From: a bacterium
GTDB lineage: Bacteria; Patescibacteriota; Patescibacteriia; 2-12-FULL-60-25
Reading direction: 5' to 3'
Assembly: GCA_024654265.1 (NCBI GenBank)
Contig: JANLIO010000059.1
Span: 1-48,218 of the forward strand
DNA: 48,218 bases
The position numbers were made by a program, and so were the translations under genes. The notes under the pieces were generated by a model. That model was given only the letters and a program-made list of their open reading frames with translations, had not been told where the DNA came from and did no database searches. This document shows positions 36,198 to 45,527 of the stretch, in pieces. Position 1 is the first letter of the stretch. Every line of letters starts with the position of its first letter.

Positions 36198-38732
36198 ATG
36201 AGCAAAAAAGAACCACCAGCAAAATTAACGGCAGAGGAAGAGCACAAGCGACTTGAAGGAAAGATCGAAAATCGATCAATCACCGACGAAATGCGTACCG
36301 CGTACTTGGACTACGCGATGTCTGTTATTGTTTCGCGTGCACTTCCTGATGTGCGCGATGGGTTGAAGCCGGTACACCGTCGTATTTTGTATTCTATGTG
36401 GTCGTCCGGTTTACGATCAACGGCAAAGTTTAAAAAGTGTGCCACGGTTGTTGGAGACGTGCTTGGAAAATACCACCCACACGGAGACAGCGCAGTATAT
36501 GATTCACTCGTGCGAATGGCACAGGATTTTTCATTACGATATCCGCTTATTCGAGGACAAGGAAACTTTGGATCACTAGACGGTGACAGCGCTGCGGCAT
36601 ATCGATATACCGAATCAAAACTCGAATCCATTTCCGAGGAGATGTTGCTTGATATTGAAAAAGATACGGTGCGATTTGCGCCAAACTACGATGGGTCACA
36701 TGATGAGCCAACAGTATTGCCGGCGCGACTTCCAAACCTTCTTTTAAACGGAACACTTGGAATCGCGGTTGGAATGGCGACCAATATCCCCCCACATAAC
36801 CTGACTGAAATTTGTGATGGTATCTCTGCACTTATCGAGAATCCTGAGATTTCAATTGAAGAGCTTTGTGGTTATATTACAGGACCAGATTTCCCAACTG
36901 GAGGTATTATTTACAATGTGGCAGACATCCGCACGGCGTATGAAACCGGTCGTGGTGGAATTGTAATGCGCGCAAAGGCGGATATTGAAGAGACGAAGAG
37001 TGGGATGTTCCAGATCATTGTTTCTGAAATTCCATATCAGGTGAATAAAGCCACCATGCTGGGACAGATCGCGACGTTGGTGACGGAAAAGAAGTTGGAT
37101 GGGATCCGTGATTTGCGCGATGAATCAAACAAGGAAGGAATCCGCGTTGTGATCGAATTAAAGAAAGATGCGTTTCCAAAAAAGGTGCTGAATCAATTGT
37201 TTAAAATGACGCAATTGCAAGAGACGTTCCATGTGAACATGCTTGCGATTGTGGATGGCATTCAGCCTCGCGTCATGAACTTGAAGACGATTCTCGAGGA
37301 ATACGTGAAACATCGTCAGGTCATTGTTCGTCGTCGAACGGAATACGATCTCGCAAAGGCAAAAGAACGTGCACATATTTTGGAGGGTTTACGAATTGCG
37401 CTTGCGGATATTGATGAGATCATCAAGACCATTAAAAAGTCGAAAGATAAGGATGAGGCGAAGGTAAATCTTATCAAGAAGTTTAAGCTTTCCGAGCTTC
37501 AGGCGTTCGCGATTCTTGAAATGCGCTTGCAACAACTCGCGAACCTTGAGCGATTGAAGATTGAACAGGAATACAAAGAGAAGATGGATCTGATTAAAGA
37601 ATTGGAATCCATTTTGAAATCCGCAAAGAAAATGTTGGAAATTATCAAGGATGAAGTTCTCGCATTGAAAGAAAAATACGGAGATGATCGACGCACAAAG
37701 GTTGTGAAGACACCGCTTGGTGAGTTTGCGGTTGAGGATTTTATCCCGCAAGAACCAACGATCGTTATGATCACGGAAGATGGGTATGTGAAACGATTGT
37801 CACCGGATACATTCCGCCAGCAAAAGCGTGGTGGGAAAGGTGTGGTCGGATTGGGACGCAAGGAAGAGGACGAGGTGCGCAATCTCTTTTCAACGGATAC
37901 GCACGCGGACCTTCTTTTCTTCACATCACGCGGTCGCGTGTTCCGCCTTAAGGCGTACGAAGTTCCGGAAGCCAGCCGAACTGCAAAAGGCCAAGCCATC
38001 CAAAATTTCTTACAGCTCTCTCCTGGAGAAACGGTTTCATCCGTTCTTCCGTTGCCGAAAATTGCTCGAGGTAAATTGCGTGAAGGTGTTGCAAATCTCG
38101 TCATGACAACTGTGCAAGGAACAATCAAAAAAGTACCGATTGGAGATTTCGACAACATTCGTCGAAGCGGATTGATTGCGATTAAGATCAAGGAAGGTGA
38201 CGAGTTGCGTTGGGTTATCCCATCGTCAGGAAGCGACGAAGTCTCCCTTGTCACTGCAAGTGGACAATCCATTCGTTTTTCAGAAAAGAGTGTTCGCGCC
38301 ATGGGTCGTGTTGCTGCGGGTGTGCGTGGAATCAAGTTTAAGAAAAATGATGCCGTTGTTGGAATGGATGTCATTGATGCCGAAAAAGCAAAAAATGGGG
38401 AACTTGAACTTTTCACCATTGCTGAAAATGGACTTGGAAAGCGAACGAACCTCAAGCAATTTAAGATTCAGGGACGTGGCGGATCCGGTGTTCGCGCGAT
38501 GCATGTATCTGACAAGACAGGTCCTGTCGTTGGCGCATTTATCTCCACAAAAAATGACGATCGCGATTTGATCCTCATCTCGCAAAATGGAATCGTCCTA
38601 CGCGTGCCATTCAAAGGAGTCCCATCTCTTGGCCGAGACACGCAGGGCGTACGAGTCATGCGGTTTAAGCAGGCGGGAGATACAGTTTCATCTGTCGCGT
38701 TTGTGACGACGGAGAGTGAGGATAAGGTTTAA
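36198..38732 (+). CDS. gyrA: DNA gyrase subunit A
   Basis: [31 protein letters not shown], GyrA-box QKRGGKG, C-terminal propeller repeats. Confidence 0.98.
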   Translation: MSKKEPPAKLTAEEEHKRLEGKIENRSITDEMRTAYLDYAMSVIVSRALPDVRDGLKPVHRRILYSMWSSGLRSTAKFKKCATVVGDVLGKYHPHGDSAVYDSLVRMAQDFSLRYPLIRGQGNFGSLDGDSAAAYRYTESKLESISEEMLLDIEKDTVRFAPNYDGSHDEPTVLPARLPNLLLNGTLGIAVGMATNIPPHNLTEICDGISALIENPEISIEELCGYITGPDFPTGGIIYNVADIRTAYETGRGGIVMRAKADIEETKSGMFQIIVSEIPYQVNKATMLGQIATLVTEKKLDGIRDLRDESNKEGIRVVIELKKDAFPKKVLNQLFKMTQLQETFHVNMLAIVDGIQPRVMNLKTILEEYVKHRQVIVRRRTEYDLAKAKERAHILEGLRIALADIDEIIKTIKKSKDKDEAKVNLIKKFKLSELQAFAILEMRLQQLANLERLKIEQEYKEKMDLIKELESILKSAKKMLEIIKDEVLALKEKYGDDRRTKVVKTPLGEFAVEDFIPQEPTIVMITEDGYVKRLSPDTFRQQKRGGKGVVGLGRKEEDEVRNLFSTDTHADLLFFTSRGRVFRLKAYEVPEASRTAKGQAIQNFLQLSPGETVSSVLPLPKIARGKLREGVANLVMTTVQGTIKKVPIGDFDNIRRSGLIAIKIKEGDELRWVIPSSGSDEVSLVTASGQSIRFSEKSVRAMGRVAAGVRGIKFKKNDAVVGMDVIDAEKAKNGELELFTIAENGLGKRTNLKQFKIQGRGGSGVRAMHVSDKTGPVVGAFISTKNDDRDLILISQNGIVLRVPFKGVPSLGRDTQGVRVMRFKQAGDTVSSVAFVTTESEDKV

Positions 38733-38766
38733 CCATTCATTTTCTCGGAAATTTAGGGAAAAAATT

Positions 38767-38793
38767 AAAGGAACCTCAAAAGAGGTTCCTTTT
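38767..38793 (+). terminator. Terminator after gyrA
   Basis: AAAGGAACCTC-AAAA-GAGGTTCCTTTT. Confidence 0.85.
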
Positions 38794-38824
38794 CAAAAAC
38801 TAAAATGAAGAATAGAATCAATCT

Positions 38825-39541
38825 ATGCCTTATCTAAAATATATTTCAGATCAAAAACTTATTGATGCAGTTGGCGTTGTTATAACTAAGCTTAAGGATG
38901 CTGAAGCTGAAGCTGAAATAAAGTTGCATAAGAATATTATTGATCCATTTTCAGCGACCTTTGACGGTGCCTATCATGGCAAGAAATATAAAGAATGGGT
39001 TGAATACGAGAAAATGCGACAAGCACAGAAATCAGTTCAAAATGAAATAGGCAAGTTCCATCAAACTATTTTAGGTTCTGTTGAAGGGTGGGAGGATTTA
39101 AAGACGGGGAATCTTTTGGATATAGTCAATCGAGATAGAAAAATTATTGCAGAAATAAAAAACAAACATAACACGACGAAAGGAAATCATAAAACCGCAG
39201 TTTATGATGATATAAAAGGAATGTTACAAGGCGATGAATATAAGGGTTATAAAGGTTATTACGTTGAAATAATTTCAAAAAGCTCTAAACCTTTTGATAA
39301 ACCTTTTCAACCGTCCGACAATAGGTCTAAAAAGAAAGATAAGAAGCGTCCTCAAAATGAGAACATTAGAATGATTGATGGAAGATCATTTTATAATATG
39401 GTTACGGGTAGATCAGGTGCTTTGCAGGAACTTTTTGAAGTATTACCTGAAATAATAGAAAAAGAATTCGCATATAGATTGCCTAAGGGGGAGTATCCTA
39501 AGTATCATTATTTATTCTTGAGGGCATTTGGGGATAAGTGA
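38825..39541 (+). CDS. Type II restriction endonuclease, Eco47II-like family
   Basis: N.IDPF, E..RQ.QK...N.IG.FHQ.I, D...AEIKNKHNT (PD-D/ExK), IDG.SFY..VTG; adjacent C5 methyltransferase. Confidence 0.82.
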   Translation: MPYLKYISDQKLIDAVGVVITKLKDAEAEAEIKLHKNIIDPFSATFDGAYHGKKYKEWVEYEKMRQAQKSVQNEIGKFHQTILGSVEGWEDLKTGNLLDIVNRDRKIIAEIKNKHNTTKGNHKTAVYDDIKGMLQGDEYKGYKGYYVEIISKSSKPFDKPFQPSDNRSKKKDKKRPQNENIRMIDGRSFYNMVTGRSGALQELFEVLPEIIEKEFAYRLPKGEYPKYHYLFLRAFGDK

Positions 39542-39600
39542 CCTTCGCATAGGCAGGGGTTACGTATATACTATAGGGACTCTGAATGTTCCATTATTAT

Positions 39601-40791
39601 ATGCAAACGAAAACGACATATCTCACAGCCGGAGAAGCTTCTGTTAAATTGGATATTTCCGTTGATACTATTCGAAGGTGGGATAAGAAAGGTTTGGTAA
39701 AATCCTCTCGTGACGAACGAAATTCAAGACTATTTAGTCTTCAGGAGATTGAGAGAATTTTAAAAAAAACGAGTAGTAACTCAGGAGAGGGATTTAAGGT
39801 TTTAGTAAATAAGAAGAAGTCGAAATATACTTCTATTGAATTATTCGCTGGCGCCGGAGGAACGGCTTTGGGTCTTGAGAACGCTGGTATACAGCATGTT
39901 TTATTAAATGAGTACGACAAAAAGGCTTGTGAAACGTTGAGGCGTAATAGACCTGAATGGAATGTTGTTGAGTGTGATGTAAAAGAGCTTTCGTTTAAAG
40001 AAGGACAGGCAGATATGGTTCAGGGGGGTTTCCCATGTCAGGCATTTTCCTACGCGGGGAATAAACGAGGTTTTGAAGATATTCGTGGAACGATGTTTTT
40101 TGAGTTTGCTCGTTGTGTAAAAGAGGTTCAGCCAAAGATAGCTATCGGAGAAAATGTTAAGGGTTTATTGAGACATGATAATGGACGTACATTAAAAACT
40201 TTAATTTCGGTTTTTAAAGAGCTTGGTTATAACGTTGAGTATAGAGTGTTGCGCAGCCAATATCTTGATGTTCCTCAAAAGAGAGAGCGTTTAATTATTA
40301 TTGGAGTTAGAAATGATTTAAATTATCCGATCATCTTCCCAAAGGAAAAAGATTACATCGTTTCACTTAGACAGGCATTGCACGAATGTCCTGTTTCAGC
40401 GGGTCAAGAATACCCAGAAAAAAAGAGAAAAATAATGGAATTAATTCCAGAGGGTTGCTATTGGAGATCTTTGCCAGAGAATTTGCAAAAACAATACATG
40501 GGTGGAAGTTATTATATGGGTGGCGGAAGGACGGGCATGGCACGTAGACTTTCTTGGGATGAACCATCCTTGACCTTGACGTGTAGCCCTGCACAGAAAC
40601 AGACTGAGCGATGTCATCCGTCTGAAACACGTCCCCTAACTGTTCGGGAATATGCGCGACTTCAGACATTCCCGGATGATTGGGAGTTCGCTGGTTCTGT
40701 TGGGCAACAATATAAGCAGATTGGCAACGGTGTGCCCGTTAACTTGGGTTATCATATTGGAGAAGCAGTGATCAAAATTTTGAACAGTTAA
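39601..40791 (+). CDS. DNA cytosine-5 methyltransferase with N-terminal MerR-like HTH
   Basis: ELFAGAGG, GGFPCQAFS, ENVKGL, PQKRER, RPLTVREYARLQTFPD, QIGNGVP; N-terminal ISVDTIRRWD. Confidence 0.95.
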   Translation: MQTKTTYLTAGEASVKLDISVDTIRRWDKKGLVKSSRDERNSRLFSLQEIERILKKTSSNSGEGFKVLVNKKKSKYTSIELFAGAGGTALGLENAGIQHVLLNEYDKKACETLRRNRPEWNVVECDVKELSFKEGQADMVQGGFPCQAFSYAGNKRGFEDIRGTMFFEFARCVKEVQPKIAIGENVKGLLRHDNGRTLKTLISVFKELGYNVEYRVLRSQYLDVPQKRERLIIIGVRNDLNYPIIFPKEKDYIVSLRQALHECPVSAGQEYPEKKRKIMELIPEGCYWRSLPENLQKQYMGGSYYMGGGRTGMARRLSWDEPSLTLTCSPAQKQTERCHPSETRPLTVREYARLQTFPDDWEFAGSVGQQYKQIGNGVPVNLGYHIGEAVIKILNS

Positions 40792-40825
40792 AAAATGATC
40801 TGTTCTTTCGTAGTATTTTATTAAA

Positions 40826-40853
40826 CAAAAAACCCGCATAAAGCGGATTTTTT
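40826..40853. terminator. Bidirectional terminator
   Basis: AAAAAACCCGC-ATAAA-GCGGATTTTTT between convergent genes. Confidence 0.7.
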
Positions 40854-40857
40854 ATGG

Positions 40858-41478
40858 TTACGAGTTTGTGATCACCGTATCAATCAACCCGTATGTTTTT
40901 GCCTGTTTCGCTGTCATGAAATTGTCGCGGTCTGTGTCATTTTCAATTTTCTTTAAATCCTGTCCCGTGTGCTTTGCGAGGATTTTATTCAATTGCTCTC
41001 GCATCAGGAGAATTCGTTCTGCGTGGATCTTGATGTCCGTTGCTTGGCCTTCCATCCCACCGAGTGGTTGGTGGATCATGATCTCGGAGTTCGGAAGAGA
41101 GAAACGTTTTCCGTTTGCACCTCCGGCAAGAATGATCGCTCCCATGGATGCGGCAAGCCCCATGCAGATCGTGGAAACGTCGCAACTCACGTGTTGCATG
41201 GTGTCGTAGATTGCGAGCCCAGCAGTGACGGATCCGCCTGGGGAGTTTACGTAGAGTTTAATGTCCTTTGTTTTATCCTGACTTTCTAAAAAAAGCATTT
41301 GTGCCACAACCGTATTCGCAACTTCATCGTTAATCTGCGTACCAAGGATAATAATGCGATCCTTAAGAAGGCGAGAGTAGATGTCGTATGCTCGCTCTCC
41401 GTAATTTGTCTTTTCAATGACGGTAGGAACAAGCCAGCTATTTGTTACTTTTGAGTTTACTTCGTAGGGATTTTGCAT
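40858..41478 (-). CDS. clpP: ATP-dependent Clp protease proteolytic subunit
   Basis: [37 protein letters not shown]; exact start uncertain. Confidence 0.97.
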   Translation of the reverse strand: MQNPYEVNSKVTNSWLVPTVIEKTNYGERAYDIYSRLLKDRIIILGTQINDEVANTVVAQMLFLESQDKTKDIKLYVNSPGGSVTAGLAIYDTMQHVSCDVSTICMGLAASMGAIILAGGANGKRFSLPNSEIMIHQPLGGMEGQATDIKIHAERILLMREQLNKILAKHTGQDLKKIENDTDRDNFMTAKQAKTYGLIDTVITNS

Positions 41479-41511
41479 ATTTGGATTACTCGGATGGTAT
41501 CGCATGTCCAT

Positions 41512-41538
41512 TTGGCAGTCAAATGTGGAGAGTGCTAG
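41512..41538. promoter_or_regulatory. CIRCE element (HrcA operator) upstream of clpP
   Basis: TTGGCAGTC-N9-GAGTGCTAG versus consensus TTAGCACTC-N9-GAGTGCTAA. Confidence 0.75.
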
Positions 41539-42537
41539 TTAGGAGAGAAGGTCGTTGAGTTGTTTTGCATCTACGCCAACGATTCTTGGGCCAGAAGGTG
41601 TTTCTTCGATTTTTCCGTTGATTGTGAAGCCTGCGGCATTTGCATGACCTCCACCGCCCAGATTCTGCGCTAATTTTGCGATATTTCGATGGACAGAGCG
41701 GATGGATCCTTTTACGGTTCCATTGGATTGCTCGTTCAAAAAAAGGATTGTTTCGTGTTTGCCGAGGTATGTATTCAAGAAATTGGAAATACCGGATTCG
41801 GCATTTTCAGGCATTCCTTCCAAATCTTTTGTTAAGACATAGGTGATTGCAATATCATGTTTGGTGTTGACGCGAAGTCGATCAAGAATGCGCCCCCAAA
41901 GCTGAAGCGACTGAACCGTGTGAACATGGTTAATGTTGCGTTGAATGTCATGAATGCGCGCGCCGTATGACAGCATGTGACTTGCATACTCAAGCGCGTG
42001 TGCGTTTGTCGCGCCATTGGAAAAGTTTCCCGTGTCTGTCATGAGACCGGTGAGAACCGAGGTCGCCATTTTGTCGTCAACGTGGATGGAGTTTGCATCG
42101 TAGAATCGTGCGACGACTTCGGCTGTGGAGCTGGCTGATGTCATGACAATATTTAAATCGCCAAAGAGTTCGTTTGTCGCGTGATGATCAATGTTTGCGA
42201 TCGTCGGTTTTGTTTTCATGTGGTCGATGTACTCATCAATTCCACAATAGGGAAGACTTCCGGAATCAAGAACAATAATGAGATCAAATTCGCGTGTAAA
42301 AAGAGCTGGATCATTGGAGATAAGATGTGAGCGATCCAAGTATTGAAACATGAGTGGCACAGGGCTTTTGCAAAAAACGACGGCATCCTTTTGCTCTCGA
42401 ATCAGCCAATTGAGAAGAGAAGAACTTGAACCTAATGTATCGCCGTCCGGTTTTTGATGCGCGCAAATCAAAATATGTTCTGCCTTTTGAATGAGGAGAT
42501 AGAGCTTTTTAAACGCATTTTGATAGGGATCGTGCAT
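41539..42537 (-). CDS. DHH/DHHA1 phosphoesterase (NrnA-like)
   Basis: H.KPDGDT.GS, VLD, NIDHH, TDTG.F, GGGH.NAAG. Confidence 0.92.
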   Translation of the reverse strand: MHDPYQNAFKKLYLLIQKAEHILICAHQKPDGDTLGSSSSLLNWLIREQKDAVVFCKSPVPLMFQYLDRSHLISNDPALFTREFDLIIVLDSGSLPYCGIDEYIDHMKTKPTIANIDHHATNELFGDLNIVMTSASSTAEVVARFYDANSIHVDDKMATSVLTGLMTDTGNFSNGATNAHALEYASHMLSYGARIHDIQRNINHVHTVQSLQLWGRILDRLRVNTKHDIAITYVLTKDLEGMPENAESGISNFLNTYLGKHETILFLNEQSNGTVKGSIRSVHRNIAKLAQNLGGGGHANAAGFTINGKIEETPSGPRIVGVDAKQLNDLLS

Positions 42538-42648
42538 ACGCAGGATCAAGGACTCTACGCGAAAAAAAGCATTGCGTCAACTGTATTGTGTCGGGAGGGT
42601 TTTTAGATCCACCTGTTCAGAATGCGAGGAATTGGCTACCCTATCCAG

Positions 42649-44853
42649 ATGAATTTACGGCGTTTAGAGATTCAAGGCTTTAAAACATTTGCCCAAAAAA
42701 CGGTTATTGAGTTTGTGGCAGATCAAAATGGAAAACCGGGGCTTACCGCTATTGTTGGGCCAAATGGCTCCGGCAAATCAAATATCGCGGATGCGATCCG
42801 GTGGGTAATCGGGGAACAGAGTATGCGGTTGCTTCGCGCAAAGAAATCGGAAGATCTTATTTTTAGTGGAACAACAAAAAAAGCGCGTGCCGGTTTTGCT
42901 GAGGTGACGATGACAATTGAGAATGCGAATGCAACGGGTGATGAACTTCGTGAGATTGTTATTACGCGCCGAGCGTATCGAGATGGAAAATCTGAATACG
43001 AGGTGAACAAAAAACCTGTTCGACTTTCTGATATCGTTTTATTACTCGCACAGTCAGGATTAGGTCAGCGTACATATAGTGTTATTGGGCAAGGAATGGC
43101 AGATCGAATCCTCTCCGCATCACCGGCAGAACGGAAAGAGTTTTTTGATGAAGCCGCGGGTTTACGCCCTTTTCAGATGAAACGCGCGTCTGCCGAACAG
43201 AAGTTAGATGCTTCCAAAGAAAAGCTATTGCATGCAGAATTGATCCTTCGCGAATTAGCTCCACATCTCACTTCATTGGAACGTCAGGCAAAACGACTTC
43301 AAGAACGCGATGCATTGAATCAGGAATTGGATCAACTTGAAACGCGATACTATGGTTCACAGTGGAAAACAATTCGCGGGGAAGAAGAGACGCTTGGAAA
43401 GCGAAAGGGGGAGGCATCAACAGCCGTGGCAAAGATTCGAGAGGGGTATGCGAAGCGCGAAGCGGAATTAAAAGTTCTTGAAGAACAAACAACAGACGCA
43501 CCAGCAGATACATTTCAAAAACAACAGCAACTTCTTTCTGAATTACGAGAGCAACGGTCGGTCGTGCGTGAAAGCTGTGTTCGCCTTGAAGTACGCGCTC
43601 AGGCAATGAAGGAGCAATCATCCTCGTGGTCGCCATTACCAATATCAAAAATTCTGAATCGTCTTTCTGAGATTCGTGAGACATTGGATCGTGTTATTCA
43701 TGAGCTTAGCTCTGAGAAGATGGATGTGGAGCGCGTGCGTGAGCTTGCGAGGGGGGCATTAAAAGCGCATTCAGATTTAACGACTGCTTTGGAGAAACCG
43801 GTTCCTGAGAAGGTGGAGACGGATCCAGTTACTCAGAAGGAATTAAGCATTTTAAAAGAAAAACTGACGAAGATCGAAGATGAATTACGGAAGGCGGAAA
43901 CAGCCCTTGTCGAAGCACAGCGCGCGCAACAAAAAGAACGAACTCAGGTTTTTGCGCTTCAGCATGAGATCCGAAGTCAACGAGATGATCAGTTTAAGGC
44001 AGAACAAGAATTAAATCGTATTGAGGTTGATATGGCACGCGTTGGTGCGCGAAAAGAGGCATTTTTACAAGATATTCGGACGTACGCACAGAAGAGAGAG
44101 GCCGGTTTAGACGCGCTCGCAAATTCTGTATCAGAAGGATTTGATCGATCAAAATTGGATGAAATGGCACGAGCGCTTTCAAAAGTTCGTTCTCGGTTAG
44201 AGTGGATCGGTGGAATTGATCCCGCTGTGTTGGATGAATACGCAGAAACAAAAACACGCTTTGATCATATGTCAGAGCAAACAACAGATTTGAAAGACGC
44301 GATCCTATCACTTCAAACCGTGATTGTTGAATTGGATGAAACAATCAAAAAACGGGCAGAAGTGTCATTTCGATTGTTGAATAAAGAATTTGGTGTTTAT
44401 TTTAAGAAGCTTTTTGGTGGCGGTGAAGCGGGCCTTGTTGAAATTCAGGCTGAGCCAACGGTTGATGAAGACGGAAACATTTTGAAAGAAGCTGTGACGG
44501 GGCCAGCGGGTTTTGATATCACGGCAAACCCACCAGGGAAACGCATGAAATCAATCGCGCTCTTGTCTGGAGGCGAGCGAGCGCTTACGTCCATCGCTCT
44601 TTTGTGTGCAATTATGGCGACGAATCCGTCTCCATTTGTTGTTTTGGATGAGGTGGACGCAGCTTTAGATGAGTCCAATTCCGAGAAGTATGGAGCGATC
44701 ATTGAAGAGTTTGCAGAACGGACCCAATTCGTCGTCATTACTCACAACCGAGCGACAATGAATCATGCCCATGTTCTTTATGGAGTCACGATGGGGGATG
44801 AAGGTGTGTCAAAGCTCCTTTCAGTAAAATTTGAAGATATCTTAAATAAATAG
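42649..44853 (+). CDS. smc: Short SMC-family ATPase (734 aa)
   Basis: GFKTF, VGPNGSGKSNI.DA, IGQG Q-loop, LSGGE signature, LDEVDAALD, ITH; short coiled coils and no evident hinge. Confidence 0.88.
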   Translation: MNLRRLEIQGFKTFAQKTVIEFVADQNGKPGLTAIVGPNGSGKSNIADAIRWVIGEQSMRLLRAKKSEDLIFSGTTKKARAGFAEVTMTIENANATGDELREIVITRRAYRDGKSEYEVNKKPVRLSDIVLLLAQSGLGQRTYSVIGQGMADRILSASPAERKEFFDEAAGLRPFQMKRASAEQKLDASKEKLLHAELILRELAPHLTSLERQAKRLQERDALNQELDQLETRYYGSQWKTIRGEEETLGKRKGEASTAVAKIREGYAKREAELKVLEEQTTDAPADTFQKQQQLLSELREQRSVVRESCVRLEVRAQAMKEQSSSWSPLPISKILNRLSEIRETLDRVIHELSSEKMDVERVRELARGALKAHSDLTTALEKPVPEKVETDPVTQKELSILKEKLTKIEDELRKAETALVEAQRAQQKERTQVFALQHEIRSQRDDQFKAEQELNRIEVDMARVGARKEAFLQDIRTYAQKREAGLDALANSVSEGFDRSKLDEMARALSKVRSRLEWIGGIDPAVLDEYAETKTRFDHMSEQTTDLKDAILSLQTVIVELDETIKKRAEVSFRLLNKEFGVYFKKLFGGGEAGLVEIQAEPTVDEDGNILKEAVTGPAGFDITANPPGKRMKSIALLSGGERALTSIALLCAIMATNPSPFVVLDEVDAALDESNSEKYGAIIEEFAERTQFVVITHNRATMNHAHVLYGVTMGDEGVSKLLSVKFEDILNK

Positions 44854-44891
44854 CATTTTTGATCATTTTGACCATAGATTTGTCAAAATGC

Positions 44892-44920
44892 TTGACAGAG
44901 GGTCTTTTGATTTTTATACT
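44892..44920 (+). promoter_or_regulatory. Near-consensus sigma70 promoter
   Basis: TTGACA-17 nt-TATACT. Confidence 0.8.
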
Positions 44921-44926
44921 GTGCTT

Positions 44927-45241
44927 AGTCCCTTATGAGAACGGGTTGTGTTCAATACCCAGTCTCCTCCGGCGTCTCACTTGACACGCCCAAAAAAACG
45001 TGATAAAAATAAACATCACCTCGACAATTCTTTCCCCTGGCGTATGACGTCAAGGCGGAAAATAAAAAATGATTGGACACGCGACAAACGTCGGGTGGGG
45101 TCACTTTGTATATGAGACCTGAAACAATCCGCATCCACGACAAGCATGGGACTTGTTCGTAGGCTTTCGCAGGTTTTCGGACTCGCGGTTTCCTACAAAG
45201 AAGTTTCTTGGAGGCGGATTGTTTCAGGCCTTATTTTTTTT
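44927..45241 (+). ncRNA. Candidate ~310-nt structured RNA / regulatory leader
   Basis: Successive hairpins, 15-bp perfect stem 45118-45132 / 45214-45228, U-run at 45234-45241. Confidence 0.6.
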
Positions 45242-45260
45242 CAAATGAAAAGGGTGCGAT

Positions 45261-45476
45261 ATGAAAGCAACTGTTGTATTGATTGAGGATGGAAATTGTA
45301 TTCTTGAGTGTGAAGATGGGAAGCGTATTCAGCTTCCGTTTTTTGTATTGGAAGGAACTCCGGAGGTTGGGAAGAAGGTCGAGTTTCGCGCTGTCGTTCT
45401 TCAAGCACAGAATGCAGGGCAAATCGATTTTGCGAAAGACCTCATTAATGAGATACTGCAGGAATCAGAATCGTAG
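45261..45476 (+). CDS. Small protein, DUF3006-like
   Basis: 71 aa; IEDG.CILE.EDG..I.LP...L.....G pattern; AAGGG SD. Confidence 0.65.
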   Translation: MKATVVLIEDGNCILECEDGKRIQLPFFVLEGTPEVGKKVEFRAVVLQAQNAGQIDFAKDLINEILQESES

Positions 45477-45527
45477 TTTGATAGATGGTTTTTAGAAAAA
45501 ATTGATTTTCTTCTTTTGAAACGTTAT

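Noticed and set aside
44927..45241. tmRNA or RNase P RNA
   Set aside because: No tRNA-Ala-like ends or T-arm, no plausible tag frame, and no GAGGAAAGUC P4 signature seen on either strand
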